NCBI GenBank assembly: GCA_964420145.1
Contig: CAYQRB010000002.1
Location: forward strand, 4,056 to 68,055
Length of the DNA: 64,000 nucleotides
DNA from: an uncultured Candidatus Saccharibacteria bacterium
Lineage (GTDB): Bacteria; Patescibacteriota; Dojkabacteria; B142; OLB20
Direction of reading: 5' to 3'
This document shows, in pieces, positions 29,515 to 40,238 of the stretch. The notes beneath the pieces are model-generated. The model worked only from the letters and a program-made list of their open reading frames with translations. It did not search any database and was not told where the DNA came from. Made by a program: the position numbers and the translations under genes. The number at the start of each line of letters is the position of its first letter. Position 1 is the stretch's first letter.

Positions 29515-32500
29515 TTTCTCTAAAGAATACAAACGGCTTAATCCTGAGCAAAAACTGGCGGTAGATACTATAGAGGGTCCGGTTATGGTAGTAGCAGGCC
29601 CTGGTACAGGTAAGACTCAAACACTAGCCTTGAGGATCGCAAATATTTTACTAAAAACTCAAATTGACCCTAGAAATATACTCTGTCTCACTTTTACCGA
29701 AAGTGCAGCATTAGAAATGCTTACTCGCTTAAGGCGTTTTATTGGCCCAGATGCATATAAAGTTAGAATTTTTACATTTCACGCTTTTTGTGGATACCTT
29801 ATGTCCTCAAATCTCGAGAAATTCCCACAGATTACTGAAGATAACGAAAATATTGATGAAAGTGATAGATACGAAATTTTATTAAATATCTTGAAAACTC
29901 TACCTGTAAAAGACTCTTTAAGAAATATAAATAATGAGGGGACAAACATAAAAGATGTTAGTGAGGCAATTTCTAGTTTAAAAAAGGAAGGAGTATCACC
30001 AGAAAAACTTGGACTAATAATAGAGAAAGAAAAAGAATATCTAAAAAATACTAGAAAGTATTTTACCGAGTTTCTAGCAATCAATGCTAGGAAAATTACT
30101 GCTATTGATCAACAAAACTTGTATAACAATCTTTTATCCAGTGCTGATTCAACGAGTATATACACAAAAGGAGTAGCAGAGCTAATCAGAGAATATGAAG
30201 GTCAAAGCAGTACTCAATTTAAGAAAGGTGTTCGTAAGATATTTGAACGACTTGATAATTATAATTATTTCCCCAAGTTGGAATCTCTGAAAAATATATA
30301 TGAACGATATCAGGATGAACTTAGGAAAAGTAAGCAATATGATTTTGAGGATATGATTATGTTTGTATTGGATAGACTTATACAAGATCAAGATTTTCTC
30401 AGTAGTGTACAAGAGGAATTTCAATATATATTAGTTGACGAATACCAAGATACAAATGCTTCACAAAATGAAATAATTCAGCTTATCGGAAGTTTTTACG
30501 ATAATCCAAATCTCTTTGTAGTAGGTGATGATGATCAATCCATTTACCGTTTTCAGGGAGCAAATTTAGAAAATATTCTACAATTTTCCAGAAACTATAA
30601 AAACTCTCTTAATATCATAACCTTAAAAAATAATTATCGAAGTCAGCCGTATATTTTGCAAGCTTCAAGGAAGGTTATAGAGGACGCTGAAAACCGTTTA
30701 GAGGATGAATTCCCCGAAGTTGATAAAAATCTAGTACCTAACAGGAAAGCGATTTCTAAAAAGATAGAACTTGGTGTATATAATACACAAGAAAGTGAAA
30801 TAGCTGATATTGCTAGCAAGATAAAACTCTTATTAAAGGAAGGCACAGATCCAGGAGAGGTTGCTGTTATATTTGCCAAAAACGCAGATATGGAGCCTTT
30901 TGTAGAGATATTTACTAAGGAAAAAATTCCTTTTCAGGTATCAAGGTCGGGAGGTGTAGTTAATAATATACATATTAAAAATATTCTAATTCTTTTGGAA
31001 TATCTTCAAAATCCATATACAGAGGAGCTACTCTCTAGGATTTTATATATGCCTTATTTTGGTTTTGATAATCTTGATGTTTTTAAGATCATTAACTTTG
31101 CCTATCGTAAAAGATTAGATATTTACAGAATTTTAATTACGGATACATTGCTTTCTGAGTCAGGAGTTACTAATATTAAAGTTTTTCAAAACTTTCTTAA
31201 AGATATCTCAGATTGGCATAGAGAAATTGTTGTTATGCATCCAGCACAGTTTTTTCCTTTTATAATTAAAGAAGCAAAAATCCTGGAGTATTTAAGTAAA
31301 CTAGAAGACAATTATTTGGAGTTAAATAATTTTCATATTTTATACGATTTCTTAAAGAAACATTTAAGGGCTAATTCCAAATTCAACTTTGAAGATTTAG
31401 TAAGAAAAATTAATCTAATAAGTGAATATAAGCTAGGTGTTTTGAATAGAACTAATATTGTAGAAACATCCAAAGTAAATATTTTGACGGCACACAAGTC
31501 CAAAGGCCTAGAGTTTGAACATGTTTTTATCCCAGACTTATTAAGCAGTAAATGGGAAAAGTCCAGAGGTAAAGCTGGTTTGAAGCTACCTCAAAGTATC
31601 AATATTCACGACTACACTACAAATGAAATTGATGAAAGAATACGATTATTTTTTGTCGCATTAACTAGAGCTAAAGATAATATATATCTTTCTTATCCCC
31701 TACTTAATGGAGATGGTAAAGAAAATAAACCCAGTATGTTTATTTCAGTGATAACTCCGGAATTAATTGAGGAAAAGAGTTTTGATATATCCGAAAGTGA
31801 CCATAAAGAGCAACTTATACTTTCGCTTAGCGAGAGTGTAGATATATTTAGTGATAAAGGAAAGGTCTTTTTAAGTAGCCTTTTGGAAAATTTTGCATTA
31901 AGTCCTACAAGTTACAATAACTATAAAAAATGTCCTCATTGTTTTTTTCTTACAGATATTGTTCGTATACCTAGTGCTATGAGTATATCCTCTGTTTATG
32001 GAAGTGTAATACATAAGACTCTAAATCTCTTTTTAGGTAAATTTTATCGGACAAAAGTTCTACCTAGCATGCAAGTGTTAATCGATATGTATTTAACAGA
32101 GCTAAAAAAACAATTTCTTGATCCCAACCAAATCAGAGATCTAGAAGAAAAAGGAAAAGCTACACTAGAAGTTTTTTATAATGAAAAATTATCTTCTGTC
32201 AATTCAACCTCTCTAACAGAAATAGATTTTGGTAGATACAAAATTAATATTGATGGAGTTCCCATCAAAGGAAGAATAGATAGAATTGATTTTATGGACG
32301 AAGCTATAAACAGAGTCGAAGTAGTTGATTATAAAACAGGAATAGAAAATTCACAAAACACAAGTGTTACGAATAAAGGTCCTTATTATGTTCAGCTTTT
32401 GTTTTATAAACTACTAATAGAAAACTATCCTAAATACAACTGGGAAGTGAAATCAGGTAAAATAGTTTATGTAGAACCAAGTAAAATTGGAGAACCACAA

Positions 32501-32656
32501 AAGGATAGAGAGATGGTTTTGCCAGATGAAGATGTGAATTGGCTTAAAGTAGAACTTAAAGATACTTATTCTTCAATTATGAATATGGAGTTTGGTATTA
32601 AAAATAAAGGAGATTGTTATAATGAAGAATTACATAATATTGATTTTAAGTTTTAA
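29507..32656 (+). CDS. UvrD/PcrA-family helicase fused to a C-terminal PD-(D/E)XK (RecB/Cas4-like) nuclease domain (AddA-like)
   Basis: Walker A (AGPGTGKT), motif II (VDEYQDT) and motif VI region (TAHKSKGLEFEHVFI). C-terminus has a CPHC cysteine pair and GRIDRIDF...VVDYKTG nuclease motifs. 1049 aa. Confidence 0.8.
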   Translation: MTNFSKEYKRLNPEQKLAVDTIEGPVMVVAGPGTGKTQTLALRIANILLKTQIDPRNILCLTFTESAALEMLTRLRRFIGPDAYKVRIFTFHAFCGYLMSSNLEKFPQITEDNENIDESDRYEILLNILKTLPVKDSLRNINNEGTNIKDVSEAISSLKKEGVSPEKLGLIIEKEKEYLKNTRKYFTEFLAINARKITAIDQQNLYNNLLSSADSTSIYTKGVAELIREYEGQSSTQFKKGVRKIFERLDNYNYFPKLESLKNIYERYQDELRKSKQYDFEDMIMFVLDRLIQDQDFLSSVQEEFQYILVDEYQDTNASQNEIIQLIGSFYDNPNLFVVGDDDQSIYRFQGANLENILQFSRNYKNSLNIITLKNNYRSQPYILQASRKVIEDAENRLEDEFPEVDKNLVPNRKAISKKIELGVYNTQESEIADIASKIKLLLKEGTDPGEVAVIFAKNADMEPFVEIFTKEKIPFQVSRSGGVVNNIHIKNILILLEYLQNPYTEELLSRILYMPYFGFDNLDVFKIINFAYRKRLDIYRILITDTLLSESGVTNIKVFQNFLKDISDWHREIVVMHPAQFFPFIIKEAKILEYLSKLEDNYLELNNFHILYDFLKKHLRANSKFNFEDLVRKINLISEYKLGVLNRTNIVETSKVNILTAHKSKGLEFEHVFIPDLLSSKWEKSRGKAGLKLPQSINIHDYTTNEIDERIRLFFVALTRAKDNIYLSYPLLNGDGKENKPSMFISVITPELIEEKSFDISESDHKEQLILSLSESVDIFSDKGKVFLSSLLENFALSPTSYNNYKKCPHCFFLTDIVRIPSAMSISSVYGSVIHKTLNLFLGKFYRTKVLPSMQVLIDMYLTELKKQFLDPNQIRDLEEKGKATLEVFYNEKLSSVNSTSLTEIDFGRYKINIDGVPIKGRIDRIDFMDEAINRVEVVDYKTGIENSQNTSVTNKGPYYVQLLFYKLLIENYPKYNWEVKSGKIVYVEPSKIGEPQKDREMVLPDEDVNWLKVELKDTYSSIMNMEFGIKNKGDCYNEELHNIDFKF

Positions 32657-32659
32657 ATA

Positions 32660-33070
32660 ATGGAAAACCACACTGTAATTGTCCAATTTGATTACGACGA
32701 GAACTATGCAACAGTAGTAGATTTAATTTGCTTTAATCTAGGTGTTGATAGTGGGAAGTATTTCCGAACCATTAAAGATGCTCATACATATTTGACAATG
32801 ATTGATAAATCTAAAGAGTTTCCAGATATTGCTATAATTACTAACTATCTCGGTCGAAGCAGTATAGATGGTGAAGAAGTAGCTAAAAAATTAAAAATCA
32901 TAAGTCCTGATACTACCATTATCGCTTACACTGAAGATGACGAAGCGGATTGGGGTGATCATTTGGCTCTAAAATCAGGAGATGGGGAAGATAAGTCTCT
33001 TATTACTCTACTGGAAAAACTCACAAAAACCACTTTTAACTATGATAATTCCAAAGAGGTCTCTAACTAA
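32660..33070 (+). CDS. Small acidic protein, possible stand-alone CheY-like receiver fold lacking the canonical phospho-acceptor Asp
   Basis: Receiver-like pattern: VIVQFDYDE...PDIAIITNY...IDGEEVAKKLKIISPDTTIIAYTED. Begins 4 nt after the helicase gene. Weak similarity only. Confidence 0.35.
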   Translation: MENHTVIVQFDYDENYATVVDLICFNLGVDSGKYFRTIKDAHTYLTMIDKSKEFPDIAIITNYLGRSSIDGEEVAKKLKIISPDTTIIAYTEDDEADWGDHLALKSGDGEDKSLITLLEKLTKTTFNYDNSKEVSN

Positions 33071-33219
33071 TCAGATTCTTTTTATCTCTATTTTATAAGT
33101 GTCGTATATAATATATTTAAACTCTTTTTAATCATATTATGAGTAAGTTACAAGTTTTTACTAAAGGTTGGTGTGTTTTCTACAATATTCTTCTTGTATT
33201 CTAAGCGAATTTGTAACAA

Positions 33220-34197
33220 ATGATAGTGTTACCAGAAGATACTACAGATAGAAACTTAGCTATATCAAAAATGCAAAATATACCAAGTCCTTATTTAGAT
33301 GGTTGGTTAGAAGTCTCCAAAACACACTCGATTTATTATAGTTTGTATGGCAATCCCAAGGGACTGCCGGTAATTCGCCCACATGGTGGACCTGGCTCTT
33401 ACTCCAAACCTAAATATGCAAATCTCTATGACCTAGATAAATTTAATGTGATTTTCTTCGATCAACGAGGCTGTGGTAAATCTACCTCTGTCGTGCAAAC
33501 AAAGGAAAATACAACTCAGGATTTGGTTAATGATATCGAGAAGTTGCGTATACATCTGGGTATAGATTCTTGGTATATGTATGGACCAAGTTGGGGTAGT
33601 ACCCTTGTTTTGCTTTATGCTCAGCAATATCCCAAGAGAGTAAGGAGTATACTTTTGCAAGGAGTGTTTTTAGGAACCAAAAATGAGGATGACTGGGTCT
33701 ATAGATTCGGTGCAAATCAGATTTTTCCCGATTATTTTCAAGAGTTTTCAAACTTACTACCTGCTAGCAATAAAGAAAATCTTACAGAGTATTTTTATAA
33801 AATAGTGATAGGAGATGACAGAGAGCTACAAGAAAAACTTATCCCGATGTTTAACAAATGGGAAGGGTCTCTACTTTCTATAGAACCTCAGGCAGATGGT
33901 ATGGTTGATATTGAAGAAGAAATCAACTCTGCAAGAATTTATCTGCATTATAAGAGGAACAATTATTTTCTACGAGACGGAGAGATTTTATTTCCTGAAA
34001 ATATTGCGAAGATTAAAAACATACCGATGATGATAGTAAATGGACGCTATGATATGGTTACACCTATGATCACAGCTTGGCGACTTCACCAAGCTCTTCC
34101 CAAATCTAAACTAGAGATTGTTACTCTAGCAGGTCACCACGGATCGGATCCTCAACTTCATAAGGCCTTAAAAACCCTGTTAAGGTTTAAGTGGTAA
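33220..34197 (+). CDS. pip: Prolyl aminopeptidase (proline iminopeptidase, S33 alpha/beta hydrolase)
   Basis: GLPVIRPHGGPGSYS...NVIFFDQRGCGKST matches Pip family N-terminal motifs. GxSxG appears as GPSWGS. Confidence 0.75.
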   Translation: MIVLPEDTTDRNLAISKMQNIPSPYLDGWLEVSKTHSIYYSLYGNPKGLPVIRPHGGPGSYSKPKYANLYDLDKFNVIFFDQRGCGKSTSVVQTKENTTQDLVNDIEKLRIHLGIDSWYMYGPSWGSTLVLLYAQQYPKRVRSILLQGVFLGTKNEDDWVYRFGANQIFPDYFQEFSNLLPASNKENLTEYFYKIVIGDDRELQEKLIPMFNKWEGSLLSIEPQADGMVDIEEEINSARIYLHYKRNNYFLRDGEILFPENIAKIKNIPMMIVNGRYDMVTPMITAWRLHQALPKSKLEIVTLAGHHGSDPQLHKALKTLLRFKW

Positions 34198-34206
34198 AAG
34201 GTTATA

Positions 34207-35973
34207 TTATTCAACTAACACTCCGTTTGATTGCAATTCCCACAAGTATCTATAAATTCCTCCTTTTCTTTTAATCAGCTCTTCATGACTTCCTTCTTCT
34301 ATTATCCTTCCTTGTTCAAAAACAAGTATTCTATCAACTTTTTCTATGGTAGATAGGCGATGAGCAATAATAATCGTAGTTCTGTTTTTACTCAAACTCC
34401 AGAGTGCTTTTTGTATTTGTTTTTCAGATATGGAATCAAGATTACTTGTAGCCTCATCAAATATGATTATAGGGGTATCTGCCATAAATGCTCTGGCAAT
34501 CGCTAATCTTTGTTTCTGACCTCCTGAGAGTTTTATACCTCTCTCTCCTACCTGTGTATTATATTTCTCTGGTAATGTATTGATGAAGTCATAAAGATAT
34601 GCATTTTGAGAAGCAGTTATTAACTCATGGGGTTCGTATTTATCTGCTTTGGAATACCCAATATTGAATCCGATAGTATTATTAAAAAGCACAGCTTCTT
34701 GAGGAACCATTGATATTAGCTCACGAAGATCTTTTTTAGGGAAGTTTTTGATGTTGATACCATTGATAAGGATTTCTCCAGAAGTGGGGTCATAAAACCG
34801 CATAAGTAGTTTTATAAGTGTCGTTTTCCCTACTCCTGAGCTGCCAACTAGTGCAATGGATTCTCCCTGTTGTATTTCTAAGTTTAAACCCTCAAATACA
34901 CTATGGTTTTCATCATAACCAAACGATACATTATTGAAAGTTATTTTTAAGCCTGAAGTAGAGTTTTGTATCGTTTCCTGGTCTTGAGGGGAAAGTTTTT
35001 TGACTTTATCAATCACTACTATTTTTTCATCAAGTAATCCTAGATACGCTTTTAAGTCATTGAAGTTCTTAGCAACTTCTCTGAACTGAAAAACAAGATT
35101 TCGTATTTTTGGATAAAAAGTACTAGCAAAAGTTATTGCCATAACAAATTCTCCGGGGTTTATATATCCTTTGTTAAGATCATTAACTGCGAAAAGAATA
35201 GTGATTAGAAGGCCGATATTCACTAGACCCCCATTTACTAAATCGATCACCCTGAAAGTTTTCGTGTAGTTTATAAAACTTTCTTCCCAAATTTTAACTT
35301 TTTTCCCTAAACGAATTTGTTCGTATCTTTCTTGTGCAAAATACTTAACATTTTCAAATGCAATCATATTGTCTACTATTAACGCATTCACATCATCATC
35401 ACAATCATTAAAGGTTCTTCGTTTTCTTACATTGTGTTTAACTGTAAAATACATTGCAAAGACATTAATGAAGAAAACTATAACCGTGATGGTTATTAAC
35501 CGTGGATATATTGTTGAATAGATTATAATCAAAAAAATAAAATCAAGAATAATTCTTACTGCCCATATGTTAAGCTCGTCAAAAAAACTAATGAATGCTC
35601 CCTCCCCTCTTTTGAAAAGGCTAATTAGTTTACCTGATGATTTCTGAATATGATAATGAAAGTCTAAGTCATGAAGATGTTTGAAAATATCTGTTTTCAA
35701 TTTAGCAGATGTCCTGACTATAGTAATATCAGAAACATACATTGTAATGGTATCACCTAGGTAGGTAACCACAGTAACTACACAGATTAATAGTAGGGAG
35801 TTAAAGAGTTTTTCATTGTCTCCTTCAAGGGATGCGTTGACACCATTTCGAAGAAAAAGAGGCAAGAGGTTAGAAAGCAATGCCATTAGGGTGTTTAGCA
35901 GGATTGCAGATAAATAGAAATACTTAAATTTCCAAACATAAGAATAGAAGCGTTTAATGTACTTTATATCCAT
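34207..35973 (-). CDS. ABC transporter permease/ATPase (exporter, MsbA-like)
   Basis: Six N-terminal TM helices, then Walker A (GSSGVGKTT), the ABC signature LSGGQKQRLAIARAF and Walker B (IIIFDEATS). Confidence 0.85.
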   Translation of the reverse strand: MDIKYIKRFYSYVWKFKYFYLSAILLNTLMALLSNLLPLFLRNGVNASLEGDNEKLFNSLLLICVVTVVTYLGDTITMYVSDITIVRTSAKLKTDIFKHLHDLDFHYHIQKSSGKLISLFKRGEGAFISFFDELNIWAVRIILDFIFLIIIYSTIYPRLITITVIVFFINVFAMYFTVKHNVRKRRTFNDCDDDVNALIVDNMIAFENVKYFAQERYEQIRLGKKVKIWEESFINYTKTFRVIDLVNGGLVNIGLLITILFAVNDLNKGYINPGEFVMAITFASTFYPKIRNLVFQFREVAKNFNDLKAYLGLLDEKIVVIDKVKKLSPQDQETIQNSTSGLKITFNNVSFGYDENHSVFEGLNLEIQQGESIALVGSSGVGKTTLIKLLMRFYDPTSGEILINGINIKNFPKKDLRELISMVPQEAVLFNNTIGFNIGYSKADKYEPHELITASQNAYLYDFINTLPEKYNTQVGERGIKLSGGQKQRLAIARAFMADTPIIIFDEATSNLDSISEKQIQKALWSLSKNRTTIIIAHRLSTIEKVDRILVFEQGRIIEEGSHEELIKRKGGIYRYLWELQSNGVLVE

Positions 35974-35975
35974 AA

Positions 35976-36557
35976 TTAAATTGATATTGAGTCTTCGAAA
36001 CTTGTAGTAGTTTCTTGACCTAAGTTATTCTCACTACTGTGTTTATCACTAGTAGAGTGATTTTTTTCGGAGTTCTTTCTTTTACCTCTGGATTGATATA
36101 TACCTATAAAATTAGAAACAAACCCAGTAAGCAGTGAGGTTACAAACAACAGGAATGCTACTGTATAAAGATTATCAGTTAGTGAGGGAGATAACGCAAA
36201 ATTTATTTTCCAAAGGATAAGACCAGTTAGGAAATAAAATAAAAAAACATAATATATAGGTTGGAGTAAAACTATAAATAAAATTGATAGAAGAGGAACC
36301 AGGAGTACATCTTTTCTTGATTGAAAGAGATTGTTGAACTTGAAAATATAAACACAGATTAACCACGAAACTATATGTGAGAGTAAATAGAAAGTACTGA
36401 CTACATAAATATTTTGAAATCCGCCTTGTAGCATTAAAAATGGATCTTCTTCTATAAATACTCCAATATAGCTAAAAAATGCAAAAATTAGGATTAGTAG
36501 TAATCCGGGTAACATAAATCTAAAATATGAAATTGTAGATTTTAGTTTTGTTGACAT
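35976..36557 (-). CDS. Hypothetical integral membrane protein
   Basis: Several TM helices and an S/E-rich C-terminal tail. Tightly linked to the ABC exporter gene. Confidence 0.4.
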   Translation of the reverse strand: MSTKLKSTISYFRFMLPGLLLILIFAFFSYIGVFIEEDPFLMLQGGFQNIYVVSTFYLLSHIVSWLICVYIFKFNNLFQSRKDVLLVPLLSILFIVLLQPIYYVFLFYFLTGLILWKINFALSPSLTDNLYTVAFLLFVTSLLTGFVSNFIGIYQSRGKRKNSEKNHSTSDKHSSENNLGQETTTSFEDSISI

Positions 36558-38509
36558 GATCCGTATACTTTAGAGTTATTGGTTTGTGTAATTTTTTGTA
36601 ATTCTGAGATTATAATTTCATTTACAGGTTTAGAGGTCGTATCTATAGTAACTAGAACTGGCTCAACACTAATTGCTTCACAAATCCCAGTTTCTAAAAC
36701 CAGTTTTTTCTCACTAGATATCTCAACCCATTTTTTGTTTTGACATTCGTATAGTTTATAAGTGTCTTCTATTGTATTTATTTCTTGAGACCAGAAAGAT
36801 GGTGCGATATTGATTTCATCTCCTATAGAAAGTTTTGTTAAGAAGGTATTTTGAGAAAATATTTCTTTATTAAGTTTGGTAATAAAACTATTGATATCTG
36901 TTTGATGAAATTGTTTCTGGTCAAAATACTTAGATTCGACTTGAGAGATAGTGTCTGTTAAACCTTCCTGGTTTTTTATAGTTAGGTTAAGTTTAGAAAC
37001 CCCATTTATTTTAGTTGTGTTTAATTTTTCAGAGCCTGTTTTTATGGATAGTTGGCTATTTTGCCTGCAATCCGTAAACTTGGGAAGTAGTTCCTTGTAG
37101 TTATTTGTAATCTGACTTAGTTTGCCAGGATTAGATTTGGCTAAAGATTCTATTATCCTAGAATCGTCAAGTTCTTGTTTTGAGTATTTTTCAATATATT
37201 CTCTTTCAAATTCTAATAAAATCTCTGGATTTAACTGATCTTTCCCTTTTGAAGCAGTATGGAAATCCTCTACTATCTGGTTTGTACATATTTCGACTGC
37301 AGAGTTAAATTTGGAAAGGCCAGTTCTTAAGAATCGGTCTTTTTCTCTACGAGTTTCTGCTAGTTTGTTATATTGATCCAGTGACGATTTTATATTTTTT
37401 TGTTCTTCATTATACGAGGCTATTAGATTTGCATTTTTTTCGAGTTCAGTATCAATAACATCTAAAACCATAATATTTGCAGTTTTTTCTGCAAAAAGTT
37501 GTGCCAGAGATTGTTTTTTTTCAATCATCCTTAGTGATTTTTCTTGTATGAGGCGAACTTTACTATTACTTGCTTTTAAGAGTTTTAAAAATGTGAATAA
37601 TTGATTTGGATCCTCAAAGCCGTACCAAGAATGCTTTTGATCTAGGCTAAATGCAATTCCTCTTTGAGAATTTGATAATACCTCTTGTACTCCTTTACGA
37701 TCTAATATGTTTTGTTTTGTTAATACCTGATAATCTCTTTTTAATTCAGAGTCTATAAGCTCAAATTCTTGCTGTTCACTTTTCATTCTGGTTGTAAGGA
37801 AGTTTAGTTTCTGGATAATATCCCCAGATTTTTGACCAAGATCGGTGTTTTTTTTGCTGATTGAGGTGATACTATCTTGTAAGTGATTATATCTCAAGCT
37901 TTTTTCGTTAGAGAGATTGACAGATTGATCCATATATTTTCTAGCAATAGTGTAGTGTTCGTTTTGAGTTTTCTGTTCATTAGAAAGCATCTGAATGATA
38001 TCTGGTTCACAACGCATACCTTTATTTAGAATAGCTTCCAACACAGGATTAGAGTCATTTTGATTAACAAGGTTGGTTAAGGTGTTGACAGATTGCTGGT
38101 ATTCGTTTTCTTCCCGACAGCGGGTTAGGTAGGTGTTTATTTCTGTTTCTAGATCTGATGCTATTTTTGTCAAACGATCTACTTTTTTAAATTTTGCTAA
38201 TAATTTAGAGATGCTAGTATCCCCAGTTTGCTGATAGTATGAGCTGGATAGAGATCTGCAAATATCGTGCAAACCAGATATTTGAGATTCAAGTATTTCC
38301 AGATCATTTCTTGTAGGCTTGTCTATTTCGAGCACATTTTTATCTTCTATTGTTGTGTTCTTAGAGTATTGTGATTTTAGTTCTAAAAAAAGAGAATTAT
38401 ATTTGGGAGGCTCTATTTCGTCTAGAGTGAGAGCATGAACTTTAGATTCCGATACTATCGGACTAATCAACAAGTATGAAAATAACAATATAACAAATAA
38501 CCTATACAT
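36542..38509 (-). CDS. Large secreted/membrane-anchored coiled-coil protein of unknown function
   Basis: N-terminal signal/TM helix. 655 aa, Q/E/K/N-rich heptad-like sequence. No catalytic motif recognised. Confidence 0.45.
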   Translation of the reverse strand: MYRLFVILLFSYLLISPIVSESKVHALTLDEIEPPKYNSLFLELKSQYSKNTTIEDKNVLEIDKPTRNDLEILESQISGLHDICRSLSSSYYQQTGDTSISKLLAKFKKVDRLTKIASDLETEINTYLTRCREENEYQQSVNTLTNLVNQNDSNPVLEAILNKGMRCEPDIIQMLSNEQKTQNEHYTIARKYMDQSVNLSNEKSLRYNHLQDSITSISKKNTDLGQKSGDIIQKLNFLTTRMKSEQQEFELIDSELKRDYQVLTKQNILDRKGVQEVLSNSQRGIAFSLDQKHSWYGFEDPNQLFTFLKLLKASNSKVRLIQEKSLRMIEKKQSLAQLFAEKTANIMVLDVIDTELEKNANLIASYNEEQKNIKSSLDQYNKLAETRREKDRFLRTGLSKFNSAVEICTNQIVEDFHTASKGKDQLNPEILLEFEREYIEKYSKQELDDSRIIESLAKSNPGKLSQITNNYKELLPKFTDCRQNSQLSIKTGSEKLNTTKINGVSKLNLTIKNQEGLTDTISQVESKYFDQKQFHQTDINSFITKLNKEIFSQNTFLTKLSIGDEINIAPSFWSQEINTIEDTYKLYECQNKKWVEISSEKKLVLETGICEAISVEPVLVTIDTTSKPVNEIIISELQKITQTNNSKVYGSCQQN

Positions 38510-38540
38510 ATAAGGCAGATTGAAACAACATAGTATAAAA

Positions 38541-39131
38541 TTACTTTGACTTTATGTAAAGCGGGCTCTCTTTTATAAGTGCATCGAGAGTTAATGAGCC
38601 AATCCATCTTTTTAGCTCATTGCCTTGATTATCAATCAGAACAACAGTATGGGGAGTATCGACTTGATATTTATCTTTAGTTTGTGTGTCGGACTCATAG
38701 TTTACTTTTAGTATGAGTATTTCATCGGGAATAGTAGAAATATTGTTTAGGATATCAATATCGAGCTGTTTACAGCTTACACACCAATCTGCCATAAATA
38801 GTAATAGCACCTGATGATTTTCTGCTAGAGAGATATTCTCTTGTGAGTAATCTAGATATTTTTTATTTATCTCCCCATTCTTAACAAAGGTTGTAGGGAT
38901 GGCGGTAATATCTTCTGATATTGTTTGCTCTCTAGACTTTTTCTGATTTATGAAACTGTAGGTTAAAACCCCAATAATCAATATTACTATTATACCTGCA
39001 AAAATCATAATAGATTTTGACACTGCTGGTTGAGTGGTAGAGTTTTGCTTTTTTTGTGTATTTAATTGGGTATTTCCGTTTGACAAATTTTGTGTCTGTG
39101 TGGCGGTATTTATATCTTGTTGTTCGTTCAT
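38541..39131 (-). CDS. Membrane-anchored thioredoxin-fold protein (TlpA/DsbE-like, WCxxC)
   Basis: TM helix followed by LLLFMADWCVSCKQL, a CxxC redox motif in a thioredoxin-like context. Confidence 0.6.
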   Translation of the reverse strand: MNEQQDINTATQTQNLSNGNTQLNTQKKQNSTTQPAVSKSIMIFAGIIVILIIGVLTYSFINQKKSREQTISEDITAIPTTFVKNGEINKKYLDYSQENISLAENHQVLLLFMADWCVSCKQLDIDILNNISTIPDEILILKVNYESDTQTKDKYQVDTPHTVVLIDNQGNELKRWIGSLTLDALIKESPLYIKSK

Positions 39132-39192
39132 AATATTATTATAATAGCTTACATATATATTATTAACTATTTTTAATCATTAGTAAAAGTAT

Positions 39193-39672
39193 ATGAGTAG
39201 GGTTTTGATTTTGTATGCCACAATGTCAGGGAACACCGAAAAAGTAGCCTTACATATATCGCAAGAAATACCTAAAGTTTTGCCTGATAATGAAGTCGTC
39301 CTTATGGATATGATGGAAGCTACAGAGGATATATTTTTGGGATTTGACCTAATAGTTATAGGCTCCTCCACTTGGACGGATGGAGAGTTTAACCCTATAG
39401 CAGAGGAGTTTTTAGGTAGATTGAGCGAATCACAAATAGATTTTGCAATGAAGAAATTTGCAGTATTTGGACTTGGCGAATCGTATTATCCACGATTTTG
39501 TACTATTGTAGAAAAGACAACAGATTTAGTTAAGTCTAAAAATGGTGATGTGATTGGTGAGCAACTCAAACTAGATGGATATGTGGACGAAAATATGCTC
39601 GAGAGCATAACAGTATGGATTACCAATATAATACATATATTTCAAGGTACTGCAGACTTGCCAAGCAGTTAA
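39193..39672 (+). CDS. Flavodoxin
   Basis: ILYATMSGNTEKVALHIS matches the flavodoxin FMN-binding signature. 159 aa. Confidence 0.75.
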   Translation: MSRVLILYATMSGNTEKVALHISQEIPKVLPDNEVVLMDMMEATEDIFLGFDLIVIGSSTWTDGEFNPIAEEFLGRLSESQIDFAMKKFAVFGLGESYYPRFCTIVEKTTDLVKSKNGDVIGEQLKLDGYVDENMLESITVWITNIIHIFQGTADLPSS

Positions 39673-39683
39673 AGTATTTTTGG

Positions 39684-40238
39684 TTAGTATTTTTCTATAA
39701 AAATCAAAACAGTAGCAGGTTTTTTGTTTATATCTTCTGACTTTGTTATTTGTAGAATTAATTTTCTTCCATCTTTTTTTGCTTCCAGGGAAAGAGAGTC
39801 GCTTTTAGGATTAAGATCTGGAGTCTCTGTTGTAAACTCCCACCCTAGTATTTTAATATCTTGTATTAGTGCAAATGTTAAATAGCTATACGCTTCTTGT
39901 ACTACGATTTGTGTTTGGAAACTAGATGGATTATCAGAAAAACAATTTGATTGAATTGAAATTGTATTATCTAGCACAGGTAGGTCGCTGGGCCAATTTA
40001 GTGGTAGCTCTTCGGGAGAGTTTAGTGAGCAAACTTTGGATTTTCTCTCAACCTCAATCTCCGGAAGAGGAATTTCGATTTCTGTTTTTGTGGTATCGTT
40101 TGTAGAACTACTACGAGATTCTATATTACCTTTTTGGTGTTGGACAAAAATAGTAATTACTATAATAACAAAGAGTAGGAAGAGTATGATAGGAAATAGT
40201 TGCTTGATTAAGTTATCTTTCTTTGTCTTTTTTTGCAT
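39684..40238 (-). CDS. Hypothetical membrane-anchored protein
   Basis: Single N-terminal TM helix; no motif recognised. Confidence 0.35.
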   Translation of the reverse strand: MQKKTKKDNLIKQLFPIILFLLFVIIVITIFVQHQKGNIESRSSSTNDTTKTEIEIPLPEIEVERKSKVCSLNSPEELPLNWPSDLPVLDNTISIQSNCFSDNPSSFQTQIVVQEAYSYLTFALIQDIKILGWEFTTETPDLNPKSDSLSLEAKKDGRKLILQITKSEDINKKPATVLIFIEKY

